Source: the human T2T-CHM13v2.0 reference genome, Homo sapiens. Taken from it: DNA of 64,000 nucleotides. Numbering within the stretch: the first letter of the stretch is position 1; every line of letters starts with the position of its first letter. The position numbers were made by a program, and so were the translations under genes. The notes below the pieces were generated by a model. The model made no database searches and was not told the DNA's origin. It saw only the letters and a list, made by a program, of their open reading frames with translations. Positions 31,100 to 46,650 of this stretch are shown here, piece by piece. Location: NCBI RefSeq assembly GCF_009914755.1, contig NC_060942.1; one strand, written 5' to 3'.

Positions 31100-32599
31100 G
31101 CTTCTTCATTTCTAACATTGATGCATAGATTTCCTCTCAGTAGTTCCTTGCCCGGCTCCCCGCTTTGGATATGAGAAAAATTTCATCTTTTCCAAATGGC
31201 CAGCAGCCTTTGTTCCAAAAGAAGAAAGGAAGGGAATCCTCCTGAAACCCCACCCGGGTCCTGAGTCTGAAAGAGAGAACCTAGTGAGGATACACTGTCC
31301 ACTGGAAATAGCAACCACTCTTCACCCCATGCCTCATCCCAAAGCCTGGAGACCAGAAGGATCAGGTTTGCATTTCTAAAAGATATATGCTTTCTCCTCT
31401 ACCTTTTAATTTCTGCATAGTTTCTCTATTTTGCTTATGTCTTTCTTTCCCTCAAGTGAGAGCTGGTTTAGCTGGCTTTCTGTCAATCAGAAATTGCTGT
31501 TAATTGGCATTTCTCTGCTTTGCAAGCAGAATGATAACTGATATTTATAATGATATTCTGGAGGCTCTGCAAGATCCTGAAGGGTCTCATGAATTCTCAA
31601 AAAATGATTGACTTCTGTGCAGTAAAATTTTAGTGTCAGGTGTATTTTATGGTTTTCTGATTCATTGCAAATTGGTTGTCCATGTATGGGATATAACTTT
31701 CTGTTTTCCAGAGTATTTATTAAGTGGAATCCAATATTCTTTTTGGAGAGATGGAAAACAGGACTTTTTTGATTTGGAAGCTTCTGATGGCAGGAGAGGG
31801 GTCAAGTGCAATGCTTCTTTTTGTTTCTGGTGTGCCTAGCAGATGCTCAGAGGGTGCCTACTGGCTGATTGGGTGGTGCAGGAACATGGGTAGCTATAGG
31901 TTTGCTAAAGGATTATCCTCTAAGCAGGCCTGAACTGGAGGCCTGAATATTCTTGTTAAACTTGAAAGCTCAGATAGATGGGATCAGAACAGGCTGCAAA
32001 AATCTACAAGTTAGGAAAACTCACGCATAGAGCATGCAGGTCGGAACAGACAAAAAGATCCCAATCCAGGGGTTCATGATGTTGAGAACAGTTCCAGAAG
32101 GTGGAAGTACAGGGCAGATAGTGGGCTACACAGCTTCCCATTGTGTGTGAGTGACTGTGGGGTCACTTTCTGTCACCCACAATCATGTGGGACCAAAGAT
32201 GCCAGACTACTGAGGTCCATGTGGAATCAAAAGATGAAGTTGACTGGGTGCTGAGACTATAGCAAGGCAAATCAGCTGTTTTCTTTTCTCTTTGTGATGG
32301 ATTCTGACTGTAGCAGCCAAAGTGATCATGTGTCAGTTGATTTTGATGGCTAAGATGGCCAAATGCATCTACTCATCTTTGTCTAGTTTGCATGCACAGA
32401 CAATACCTAAAGTCAGTGCCATTTCACTCCAGGCTAAACTCCTTGTATTCTGTGGGAGAACAGTATCCTTATTATATTTATCTCTCTATGTCTATATCTG
32501 TATCTCCCTTGAGTTGTATTAAGTAATACTGACATTTACTGTTCTCACTGGGTCAGGACACCTGTGTAACAGAGAGGGGATGAGAAAGTTCATTGTCCC

Positions 32600-33154
32600 T
32601 ATTTTGTATTTATAATTCTGTATTAAAAACCACCCAGAAGTATAGTACCTTAAAACAATGACTTATTATTGTTTCTCATGAGTTTGAAGGTTGACTAGAA
32701 GTTCTTTTGATGGTCTTCTTTGGGGTCTTTCCTGAGGCTGCATTCAGTTGGTAGATGGGCTGGCTGGATGATCTAAGAAGTCCTCTCTCCCATGTCTGAG
32801 GCCTTGAGGGTTGCTTGTTGGCTGGAGCACTCCTCTACATGGCTTGGTTTCCTTCCAATCTCCTCGCTCTCCCTCCAGCTCTCATTCCATCTTCCTGGGC
32901 CTCTTCCTGTGATGCTTCTCTTCAACAGAATAGCCTGGTCTTCCTTATAGCATGTCATTTGGGTTCCCAGAATCCAAAGGGAGAAGCCACCAGGACAAGG
33001 CCTTAGTCTAGATTTGGTCCTGTGTAACTTCTATCTCCTTGGATTGGTCAGAGTAAGTCATGGGACCAGCCCAGATTCAAGAAAAAGGGAAATAGTTCCC
33101 CATTCTTGATGAGAAGAGAAGCAAATAACTTGTGGCCATCTTTGATCTATTACA
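32600..33154 (-). mobile_element. MLT1H-like LTR
   Basis: aaccacccagaa...ttaaaacaatgacttattatt...; ccagcccagattcaag...tggccatctttgatctattaca. Confidence 0.75.
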
Positions 33155-33374
33155 TCTTCTTTCAAAAACTGATGGTCAGCCAAGGTGAGAAATACATTAC
33201 TGTTTACTGATTGTTGTGAGGATTAAATGAGATTGGCACAAACACAGCATTCAGGTCAATAAGTGGTTATATTCCTCTGGATTCGGGGATCAACGCTCAT
33301 GGGGAGAGACTGTTTTCAGGAATCTGTAATACAGGGGTATAACATCTTTCTGTTGATTGTACTTTAGTTATTTC

Positions 33375-33482
33375 CAAATGAGGATTAAATGAGTCAACAC
33401 ATATAAACTGCCTAAAGCAGTGCCTATAACACGGTAAACATGCAGTAAATGTAAGCTATAATTATTCTCATCATTATTATTG
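33375..33482 (+). mobile_element. MIR 3' end
   Basis: gaggattaaatgag...cagtgccta...taaatgtaagctat. Confidence 0.7.
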
Positions 33483-33599
33483 AATGGCAATAATTTCTAA
33501 AAGCAAAACAAAACAACCACCCACTTTATATGCAACCCACCTTCCTGATTATGAACAACCTTCTCCCATTTTAGTTATTTTTACCTTTGTGTACCAGAA

Positions 33600-33770
33600 T
33601 CCTAGAGGTGTTTATAATCTTACAGATCATTTAGACCAATTTCTTCATTTCACAGAAGAAATTTAAAGCCAAATTTGGGCAAGTGACTTGTCCAGGTCTT
33701 GCAGCTAGCTAGAGAATTAGTACCAGATCTCAAGGATCCAAGCTTCCAACTGATGGCTCTTACCACCCCA
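33600..33770 (-). mobile_element. MIR/MIR3
   Basis: cattttcacagaagaa-like core, then aagtgacttgtccaggtc. Confidence 0.6.
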
Positions 33771-34414
33771 CCCCAAGAAAGTGCTAATTCATTTGATTTT
33801 AAAATTAATAGCTGGAAATACAAAGCTTCATTTTGTAGATATAATACATTTAAATAAATAGTTCAGTTTTATATATTAAACTGGGTGGGTCATGTATATT
33901 GGAGGAAAGGGAAAAAATGGGGAAGATAGAGGATGAAGAAAAACTGGCATAAAAATGGAAAAAGCTAGAGATGGAAGAAACATACAGAAGAAAAGAAAGA
34001 AGGCTAAATAATTTAAGATGATTTAATGGCAATGCTGGAATTGTTGGGTGTTATTGGGCAGAAATTGGTTCTACCTGTTTCCCTAACTTTCCTTTTGTCT
34101 GGTATCCCATCCCTCTCTTTGAGCATGCCCCTCCCGACTCCACCCTGGTGGCTCTGATGGTGCTGTTACATCACCTTATTTTCATGGCCATAAGTATTGG
34201 TCCATGGGGTGGACACTGGAACCAACTTGGTCAGTTAGAGTCCTACTCTAGGGTTGAGATATACTCTAAAGCAGTGAAAGGAAATCATCTTGAGCAAGAC
34301 TGGCTTGCTTTTTACCATTTTTTAGTGAAATCTAGCATAGACGGAATAGCTTTGCCAATCTTCCTTAGAATTTACCTTGGGCATATCCTCCACCATCATA
34401 TATCCTGCTATTTC

Positions 34415-35320
34415 TTTACTCACTTATTAAATGTTTCATGACCATTTGCTATGCACTTGGCACTGTAATACCTAGTTCTTTCACCCATAGAATTTACAGT
34501 CTGGTGTGTGAGACAGACAATGAAAAGGTAAACTAACAGAGGATTATGAGCTGTGATAACAGTCTTGTAGTAGGCTGAATAATGGCCCCCAAAGATGCCC
34601 ACATTCTATTCTACAGAACTGAGAATGTGTTATCTTATGTGGCAAAGGGACTTTGCGAATGTGATTAGTTAAGGATTTTGAGATGGGGAGAGTGGATAAT
34701 CCTGGATTATCTGGGTGGGTCCAATCTAGTCACAAGGGTCCTTATAAACAGAGGCTGAAGGGTCAAATTCAGAGAAGGCAAAGTGATGATGGCTGCAGAG
34801 ACAGAGGTTGGAGAATGCTATGCCACTGGCTTTGAAATTGGAAGGAGATCACAAACGGAGGAATGCAGGTGGTCTCTAGGAGCTAGAAAAGGGAAGGATG
34901 AAGGTTCTCCCCTAGAGCCTCCAGAATGAACGCAGCCCTGGAGCTAACCTGACTTTAGGACTTCTGACCTCCAGAGGATAAATTTGTATTGTTTAATTAT
35001 TAAGTTTGTGGTAATTTGTTACAGAAGCTTCAAAGGAAATACAAGCTTCAAAGGAAAATAGAGGATGATGTAAAAGAATAATACGGGGAAACTTAATAAG
35101 ATTAAGGTGTCAGAGAAGACCTTTCTGAAAAAGTTTATTTTGGATAAGACTTAATTGAAGAGAAGGAGCCAGCCTTACAAAGTGTGTCAGGGGCTGGGAA
35201 TTGTATCCAGGGAAATAATGCTGCAAATGACTTTAAAAGAGACAGCTCTGATTGTTAGTTATAGCAACTGAAAGAAGACTTATGGGATAGGATAAGAAGA
35301 GGAGCATGGTGTCGGATTGG
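34415..35320 (-). mobile_element. L2 3' region interrupted by MLT1D
   Basis: agaatttacagtctgg...; resumes gtcagagaagacctttctgaa...gagaaggagccagcc. Confidence 0.65.
34566..35043 (+). mobile_element. MLT1D-like LTR
   Basis: tgtagtaggctgaataatggcccccaaagat...ttctcccctagagcctccaga...gtaatttgttacag. Confidence 0.9.
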
Positions 35321-35536
35321 GTCAATTGATTCATAAATATCCATATTGCATCAGATGAGGTTGGCTGAGTCACAGATAACCTGTATTACTATCAAGATGG
35401 ATAGTAGAAGTCCTCTCTTCTGCTTGTCTTTCTAGATCCTTCTTGTCTTCCCACTTAGCTTCAACTATATCCTTGTTCCAAAGCCTTCCATGACCTTATC
35501 AGATTTTACCAATCTCCTTCTTTCATCCAGACTGTG

Positions 35537-36508
35537 CTCCATTCCTCAAACTGGGATCCGTGGACCTCCAAGGACTCAGATTTATCCTTTAGGAGGCATC
35601 CTGAGATTTTCTGAGAATGTTCTAATTTCAATGCTAAGTTTTAAAATAATATAAGCCTAGGTCTCATCTGAATGCACATGCCTCAGTTTCATCTTAAAAT
35701 TTCAGTGCCTTGGTGGTACCATCTGAAGGTCAAATGATGTCCAGGCTGGCTAAATAAACAAAAGCTTCGAGGAAGCTTAAACAGAAAACAGTGGAGGGAA
35801 AACTGGAGTGATCAAAGGGCACATGGCAGTGTCTGAACCTGAATGGTAACAGGCAGCACCATGCTGGCTTTGCCAGCAGAGGTGTTAATGAATTCTCTCT
35901 TGGTCCAAATCAACTTGTAACGATTCACTACTAGTAAATGGATTTTAAGTAGGTCAATGGAAATCCTTTTTCTCCAAGTTTTGCATTTCCTACTAAGTTG
36001 ATTATCTATCAAAATAGTGCATCGGTGATTAAAAGTGAATTCATTGAAACTCACCTGGTGATTAACACAGTGGTGATAATGAACTCAATGACAATGATTC
36101 AAAATATGACTTGTCATGTTCAGAATCAGATCCATCTTAGAGAAGGTGGCATGAGAAAAAAAATTAAATACAAAAATTGTATCCATATTGGGAACAAGTG
36201 AAAAAGGAAATGTTCAAATTCATTTTTCCACTAAAATTCCCAAGAGTGTCAATCAAGTTTATGTAAAGCATTATCAATTATTACACTAAATACACACCAT
36301 TTTACATTTTATTGATTTTGTATTTTTATTTGTATATAATTGTTATGTTGTGATTTTAATCTGTAAGTATAAATATTTTATAAATCATTTTCTGTTTGCA
36401 TAGACTTAAGTAACATAACAAAAAATAATTTAAGTCAACACTGGAGATCTGTGAAAAATATTTTTCTTTCAGAAGGGTCCATCTATTACTGAGGTTTGAG
36501 AAATACTG
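35537..36508 (+). mobile_element. Charlie7-like hAT DNA transposon (internally deleted)
   Basis: ctcaaactgggatccgtggacc start; aataatttaagtcaacactgg...gtttgagaaatactg end. Confidence 0.7.
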
Positions 36509-36547
36509 ATTTGCAATATTCATACTGATATATTTTTGAATTGCTAG

Positions 36548-37159
<612 letters not shown>

Positions 37160-37301
37160 ACTAATTCTTAAATTGTTAAGTAACCGCTAAAGAGGGTGGG
37201 AGCTCTCTCAGGTGATGGGCAAGTCTACAAGTTTTCTGAAAATCCACAGGCCCAGTGGCAGTGCTAGGCACATACAAGGTGCCCAGTAAATACTTGGATA
37301 A

Positions 37302-37853
37302 TGTTTTAATCATGCCTTTTTATTTTTCGTATTTCTGATACTTTGTTACCTGGGGCCTTGGTGACCTTAGAGAGACTGCCCCTCTTGGGGCTAGTTAATT
37401 GCTAGAGATAACAAACAACTCACCTGCGAGTGTGCCTTTCATGTGTAGCTTAACCAATCCAGAGCTGCACCTCCCATTCCTCTTAACACTCTCAGCCATC
37501 TGCCCCAATCACCCCAGAGCCAGGTACAAGACAACTAGAAACAGCCCCTACACCCTGGAGACCGCTGAAATTATTCAAACTAGCCAATCCTAAGTCTGCT
37601 TACTCCATCTCATCTGTTCCTCCCAGGGAAGCAGAATAAAGCCTCTTGCCCATATTTTTTTCTTGCACCCTCTGCCTCCTGACTAACCCTGGTGCTTCTC
37701 TGTGTGGCTCCCACGACATGACACATCTCCCATCTCCTCTTCTGTGACTAACAGACGTCTGTGAGTAACAGACGTATCTCTTCAATGGCAGCGGTCTCCT
37801 GATCTGTTGGCTTCACCATACCTGAATGATAACAAAAACTACATTTTAAAACA
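37302..37853 (+). mobile_element. MER77-like solo LTR
   Basis: TG...CA termini with inverted tgttttaa/ttaaaaca, CCAAT boxes and AATAAA; ctcctgatctgttggcttcaccatacctgaat. Confidence 0.7.
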
Positions 37854-38932
37854 GGGAATAAATACAAAATCATGTTGCTCTAGACGCTATAAAAAATATT
37901 GTAATTTTCCCACCACCAGAGAGAAAACCTCTTGTTATTGGTTTAATTGTATTTGTGCATCTGCACTGCAGGAATGTAAGATCCTTTAGGGCTGGGATTG
38001 GGTATGGATTTGTACCTGAGCCAACTACACATCTAGGGCTGAGCAGGAATAGATTTTTAAAAAACATTAAAAAAATTGATTTACCAAAAATTTTGCTTTT
38101 ACACAAAACAAATTGCCTCAAAGAGGCATCTTGCAACTCTATCCTACGTTTCATGTTTCTGTTAACTGAACTGATTAGCCCCAGCTTAACAATGGATGGG
38201 GTTCAAAACGCCCTGCTCCAACGGAGAATTCCTATTCCCTGCCAGGTCCCTTCCTTTCCGCCTAAGGACTCACTGTGTCTCGCTCTGTCTGGGTGCTCTC
38301 TGATCTCAGGACAGCACAGCCCCCACTCCTCTTAGGAGCCACCTTGACCTCTCCTGCCAGTGGGGATCTTCGTCTTCTTTGAGCTCAAGCACTCTCTGAC
38401 TTCTAGTACCCATCTTTCCATTTTATTTCCCACCAAGTATTGTTTGTTTTCTTTGTTGCAGGGTTTTGACAAGTGTTTATAGATTACCAAACTGCTCTCT
38501 TCCTCACCCTCCCCACGTTGGCCCCCGTCCCTGGCCAGGACAGCTCCATCCTACCCAGGGTCCAGGGCTTGAAATGCTAGAGTCCAAGTGGCACAGATGG
38601 AAACAAACTGACTGCATAGATAGCATCTTACAGGTTTCATTTTCAAAATCTCTCTTGTTGAAAAAGTGCTCCACAGTCTCCTCTGGTCACCAGTCATATT
38701 GATTTGTGTTTATCCTTTTGGATTTCCAGAAACTACTGACATTAACAGAGGAGGTTTATGAGCATATTTGTCAGAAACAAGAGTCTCTCAAATCAAGATC
38801 TAGCTCTCTGTAAGTAATATCATCCATCGCCTCCTGGTTGTTTCCCCTGATGACTTCCCACAGGGGCGTTAAGCTCATCACCCCAGCAACCTGGACACTT
38901 TGAACTGTGCTTTGGGCTTCACTACCTACATG

Positions 38933-39080
38933 TTTTTTATTATTATTATTTAATTTTTTTTTTAAGAGACAGGGTCTTGCTGTGTTAGCCAGGTTTGTCT
39001 TGAACTCCTGACCTCAAGCAATCCTCTCTCCTCAGCCTCCCAAAGTGTTAGGATTATAGGGGTGAGCCACTGTGCCTGGC
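38933..39080 (-). mobile_element. FLAM_C-like Alu monomer
   Basis: Single left arm followed directly by the tail. Confidence 0.9.
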
Positions 39081-39897
39081 TGTCTCCTATAGTTTATGGG
39101 AAAGGGTGACCAGATGTCAGCTCTGTTGATGCGAAGTGGAAGATTCTCTCTCCAGAGCAGGCAGCCTACAGCCTGTACCAAAGCCTCTTCTTAGAGAAAT
39201 TTCCGTGGTATTCCAAGATTGTCATGATGGGGCCCTCTGTGTAGCTGCAGTCAAAAGGTGGCTGGTGGCACAAACCTAATCTCTCACTCTGCTTAAAACC
39301 CATAGCTCTTCTTTGCCAGATGAGTCAGTCCAGGTTTGTTTTTAAATTTTTTAAAAAGACTAAATATTTCATTTTCAGATAATTGTAGATGCAAATGCAG
39401 TTTTAAGAAATAATTCAGAAAGAGCCCCTGTACTCTTTACCAAGTCTCTCCGTTGGTAACTGCTCCCATGGCAAAATTAGAGCCCAATAGCACAAATTTA
39501 CCGTGACGTCCTAGAGCAGGGTTGGGGCAGCGTGCACTAGCAGAAGAAGTGTGGGTGCTGCCTCCTTCCTGCCAGGAGAAGGTAGAATTCCAGGTCTCAA
39601 TTCAGCCTCCATTGGCTCCCAAAACATGGGTGCTTCTTATAACTGCTGGGTGGGAGTGGAGCTCTGGGTCCCCATGTGGTCTTCACTGAGAAAGCTTGGG
39701 GGATTTGTTATTGCCCAATGGGAACAAGAGTCCCAGCTTCCCACTGGCCTCTCTGACACCATCCTGAAGCTGAGTTTGGGGCATATTGTTATAGCCTGGT
39801 GAAGCAGAAGTCCAAGCATCTCACCCAGCCTTCATTGGTGTGGGTGGAGGTGGGCCATACTTTTTTCTTTTTTTTTTTTTGTTTTTTTTAATGTCAC

Positions 39898-40876
<979 letters not shown>

Positions 40877-41852
40877 TGGGCCGTACTTTTTTCTCTTTGG
40901 TTGGAATAGAGCAGTTGTTGTCTAAATGCTTTTTGTCTTTCTAGGCTACCCATTTCCTGGTCGTTTGGCTAGAGAGAGCAGGCTTTTGTGGGGGCTGATT
41001 TTGTCTGCACCCCCTGGCATTTCTATGTTGCTGGGTACATCAGCAAGTCTAGGATATACAAGACCAGAAGAAAATCTGGGGGACTCATCGCCCAGTCATT
41101 GCTTGGCTGCTCCTTCCCGGTCTGCCTTTTACTCTGCACTTTTCAGATTCTTCTTATTTATAATACCCAGGACTTTTAGTCGACTTAGCTGGAAGAATAG
41201 GAAAAAATACATCTACTCCATGTTTTTGAAAGTAGAAGTTCCCAGGTGTCTTTTTCAGTTTTAAACATGAAACACCATGATCTGTTCCTTGCTGAGTTCT
41301 CTGATACTCTCGTCACATCTTGCTTCATGCCTGAGAAACCAAATATACAAACCGACAATGACCAGGCCACATCTAAAAATAGAACTTTGACCCACAGCCT
41401 GCAGCAATCTGCTCAGGAAACCAACTTTTGATCTACAGTGAGCAATTCAGGAAGCCAGCCTGCTAGAAGTCAGACTTCCAGGAAGCCAGACTGCTGTCTT
41501 TAGTGATAATCCAGGAAACTAAACAATACCCTCTGTAACAGTCAGCCTCAAATGGCCAGGGCCTGATTAATAATGGACAGCTTTCCTAACTTTTGTCCTT
41601 GCTTTCAACTTAGTGCCAACCAGAGAAGGCCAAATGATGCACTCACCCCTAACTAATCATGTAGGATACCCCGCTTCTATTAGCCCCGTTACAGCTTCCC
41701 CATGCTGACAGCCTGCAATCAGAGCACACCTGAAGCCTTCCCTGTTTTCCACTACAAAACTTTTCCTGCTTCTCTGTCTGCCTTTGAATCTTTGCCCAAA
41801 TGTGAGTAGCTGTGCTGACTCCCTTGATAAGGCAATCTCAGAATAAACAGCC

Positions 41853-43140
41853 ATTATTATTATTTTTTTTAATTAAAAAAATTGGACTTTGGGAGGCCGA
41901 GGTGGGTGGATCACAAGGTCAGGAGTTCGAGACCAGCCTGACCAACACGGTGAAACCCCGTCTCTACTAAAAATACAAAAATTAGCCAGGCGTGGTGGTG
42001 TGCACCTGTAATCCCAGCTACTTAGGAGGCTGAGGCAGTGGAATCACTTGAACCCGGGAGGCGGAGGTTGCAGTGAGCCGAGGTCATGCCACTGCACTCC
42101 AGCCTGGGCGACAGAGTAAGACTCTATCTCAAAATAAATAAATAAATAAAATAAAAATAAATAAAAACTCAGTTTTTTTAGGTACATAGCAGATGCACAT
42201 CTCATGTACCCACATTAGATGTGGGTACATGAGATGTTTTGATACAGGCATGCAATGTGTAATAATCACATTGGGGTAAATGGGGTATCTATCCCCTCAA
42301 GCATTTATCCTTTGTGTTACAAATAATCCAATTATATATTTTTAAGTTATTTTAAGATGTATAATTAAATTATTTTGGTTGTAGTCACCCTATTGCATGA
42401 TCAAATACTAGATCTTATTCATTCTTTCTAACTAGTTTTTGTACCTATTAACCATACCCACTTCCTTCCCCAGCCCCCCACTACCCTTCCCAGCCTCTGG
42501 TAACCATCCTTCTACTATCTCCATAAATACAATTGTTTTAATTTTTAGGTCCCATAAATAAGTCAGAACATGCGAAGTTTATCTTTCTGTGCCTGTTTTT
42601 TTCACTTAACATAATGACCTCTGGTTCTAACCATGCTGTTGTAAATGACAGCCTCTCATTATTTCTTATGGCTGAATACTAGTCCATTGTGTATATGTAC
42701 TACATTTCCTTTATCCATTGATCTGTTAATGGACACTTAGGTTGCTTCCAAATCCTGGTTATTGTGAATGGTGCTGCAACAAACACGGAAGGGCAGATAT
42801 CTCTTCAATATACTGATTTCCTTTCTTTTGGGTATACACCCAGTAGTGGGATGGCTGGAACACATGGTAGCTCTATTTTTAGTTTTTTGAGGAATCTCCA
42901 AATGGTTCTACATAGCAGTTGTATTAATTTACATTCCCACCAACAGTGTATGAGGATTCCCTTTTCTCCATATCCTCGCCAGCATTTGTTATTGCCTGTC
43001 TTTTGGATATAAGGCATTTAAACTAGGGTGAGATGATATCTTATTGTAGTTTTGATTTGCATTTCTCTGATGATTAATGATGTTGAGTATCTTTTCTTAT
43101 ACTTGCTTGCCATTTGTATGTCTTCTTTTGAGAAATGTCT
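41853..43140 (-). mobile_element. L1MA-type 3' end (~1 kb)
   Basis: gatacaggcatgcaatgtgtaataatcacatt...; ORF2 C-terminus CWWECKL in ORF 42805..43017; TSD aaa(c/t)agcc. Confidence 0.92.
41886..42166 (+). mobile_element. AluS (Sg-like), 5'-truncated, in the L1 tail
   Basis: Starts at actttgggaggccgagg; (AAAT)n tail. Confidence 0.95.
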
Positions 43141-43312
43141 AAAATAGCCTTTGCTTTCCTCATTTGGTTGGTCTTGGTTTATTTCCACACTCTCTTTCTA
43201 GGCTGCCCATTTCTTGGTCCTATGGCTAGAGACAGCAGGCTTTTTTGTTGGCACCTGTTGGTATTTCTTGGTTGCTGGTTGCATCAGCTTCAAGTCTGGG
43301 ATATATGAATCC

Positions 43313-43316
43313 AAAA

Positions 43317-43363
<47 letters not shown>

Positions 43364-43364
43364 A
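43313..43364. repeat. (AAAT)n microsatellite
   Basis: Visible tandem array. Confidence 0.95.
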
Positions 43365-43734
43365 GGAAAAATCCAGTGAACTCATTACTATGTCATTCCT
43401 CAGGTCCCAAGGGTCCTAAAGTCTCTTGCTGAGCTGCCTTCTTCTCTCCACTCTTTGGAATGTTGTTATCTATAATGTCCAGGGTTTTCAGTTTTACTTA
43501 GTGGGAGGAGTAGGAAAAAGTACACTTACTTCATCGTTTTTTGGAAGTGGATGTTCCCAGATGTCTTTTTCTTTTTTAAACGTGAAATATCATGCTCTGA
43601 CCCTTGCTGACGCCCTAGCACTCTGCCATATCCTGCTCCATCCTGATGCTCAAAGGCCAGGGTCTCCTATGACACAGTCCTACCATCTCCCTTGCTGGCC
43701 CACACTGCATAAAACATACACTTATGTAGTGTTT

Positions 43735-43930
43735 ATATGTATTAGGCTTGGTCCTGAGCACTTTATATATGCTAATTATGCATGAAGTCTATTATTATAA
43801 AGAAACCAACGCCAAAAATATTAACCAATTCACTTAAGGTCCCCTAGCTAGGAAGCTGCAAAGCCTGGATCTGGACCCAGGCAGCCTGGCACCGAGGCTC
43901 TATTCCTACTAGCTCCACTCTGCTGCCTCT
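43735..43930 (-). mobile_element. MIR
   Basis: cttaaggtcccctagctagga...ggacccaggcagcctggc. Confidence 0.65.
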
Positions 43931-43949
43931 CTGCCTCTTCCATGGCCAG

Positions 43950-44145
43950 CAGTCCTGGTTGTTTAGCCAGGGTACTTATATGTGGGTCAGAATCCCCTTG
44001 GGGCTTGAAAACACAGATTGCTGAGGCCTACCTCCAGAAATTCTGATTCAGTTGGTCTGGGGTGGGGCTTGAGTATTTTTATGTCTGTCAAGTTCTCAGG
44101 TGATGCTAACATTGCTCTCTAGGGACCACACTTTGCAAACCAACA
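43950..44145. mobile_element. MER5A
   Basis: cagattgctgaggcctacctccagaaattctgattcagttggtctggggtggggc...gggaccacactttg. Confidence 0.88.
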
Positions 44146-44394
44146 ACCCTTTCCATGTTTTCCTTCACCCCAATTTCCTCTGCTAATTGCTATGCAGCCT
44201 TTAAGATTCAGCACAGGTATTACCTCGCTTGATTTGACTACTGTTACTTCTGCCACCCTTAGATATTCCTCTTAAGCTTCCTTGGCGGCCTCTCAGCATC
44301 TCGGTCATTGTTATTTACCAAGTTGTATGGAAATCATCTCTTCATATGTCTCATTTCCATCCCCTGACCCCTTGAGGGCAGAGAAGTCAGTGCA

Positions 44395-44580
44395 GACCCA
44401 AGTCTCAACTATTGTGATCTTTGCAGAATTACCTGGATTGACTGTTAAAAATGAGATTCCTGGGCCTAGCTCCCTGAGTTTCTCAATTAGTAGATCTGGG
44501 ATGGGGTCTAAGAATCTGCACTTTAAAGAATCAACTTACATGATTCTGATGCAGTTGGTCCACTTTTAGAAATTGCCCTG
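44395..44580. mobile_element. MER5-family MITE inside an L2 3' end
   Basis: gagattcctgggcc...gtagatctgggatggggtctaagaatctgca...gattctgatgcag. Confidence 0.75.
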
Positions 44581-44818
44581 GAACTTTGCATTGTGTTTGG
44601 TACTAAATAAGTGCTCAATAATTATTAATTGGATTTATTGAACTGAACTTTGAAACAAAACGGTAACCTCTTATCTTCTTTTCTATACTTTCTCCCTACC
44701 AGCCCCCAACCCCCATGATGGATGTTTTTAGTACCTGTCCCTCTAATACCTAATCCCTCTCTTCTCTTCTCCAAATCATTTCTTTCTTTTTCTTCCAGTC
44801 AGAACTTTCATTCACATG

Positions 44819-45994
<1,176 letters not shown>

Positions 45995-46044
45995 TGCTAA
46001 AGCTAATTTCAGATAGCAATTGAATAAACTTAAAACACTGAATC

Positions 46045-46435
46045 AATTTTTGTTGGGGGCATCTTTTATAAATTGAGATATACTTTACATAGAGTGCAGT
46101 CTTAGGTATTCAGCCTGATAAATTTTACCTATGCATACACCTGTGTAACCACCACTGAGATCATGACATGGGGCATGTCCAGCACTCAGCAGGTTCTTTC
46201 ATGACATTTTCCATATAAGACACCCTTCTTCAAGGTAGGCACTATTCTGACTTCCATCATCATAGATTAGTTTCACCTGTTCTTGAACGTTATATACATG
46301 AAATTATATAGAATATCCTCTTGTATCTTGATCTTCGTGCTCAACAGTACGTCTGTGAGATCTATTTATGTCTTTGTAAACAGCAATAGATTTTTCTTTG
46401 TCATTACTCTGTTGTATTTAATTTTATGAATATAA
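46045..46435 (-). mobile_element. Old L1M (MC/ME-like) 3' fragment
   Basis: taaattgagatatactttacatag...ctgtgtaaccaccact...actattctgacttcc. Confidence 0.75.
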
Positions 46436-46569
46436 AATGAATCAACTGTTTTTATGTTGGATATCTTTTAACCTGTATTATATAATTTCTTATCAAACCG
46501 AGTGCATGGAGCATAATGTAACTCCTTTTGATGACTCAGGGCCTTCATTGTAAGTATCAGTCATATATT

Positions 46570-46650
46570 CCTCATTCATTCATTCAACATTTATTGAACA
46601 TCCAGTTTGTAACAGGCATTGTACCATCACTGGGTAATAAAATGAGGAGT
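46570..46650 (-). mobile_element. L2 3' terminus
   Basis: cattcattcattcaacatttattgaaca. Confidence 0.75.

Larger units (their letters stand above)
41332..43189 (+). mobile_element. ERV1 solo LTR (MER89/MER90-like), split by L1MA
   Basis: TG start, repeated caggaagccag motifs, AATAAA at ~41842; resumes 43141-43189 and ends in CA. Confidence 0.65.
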
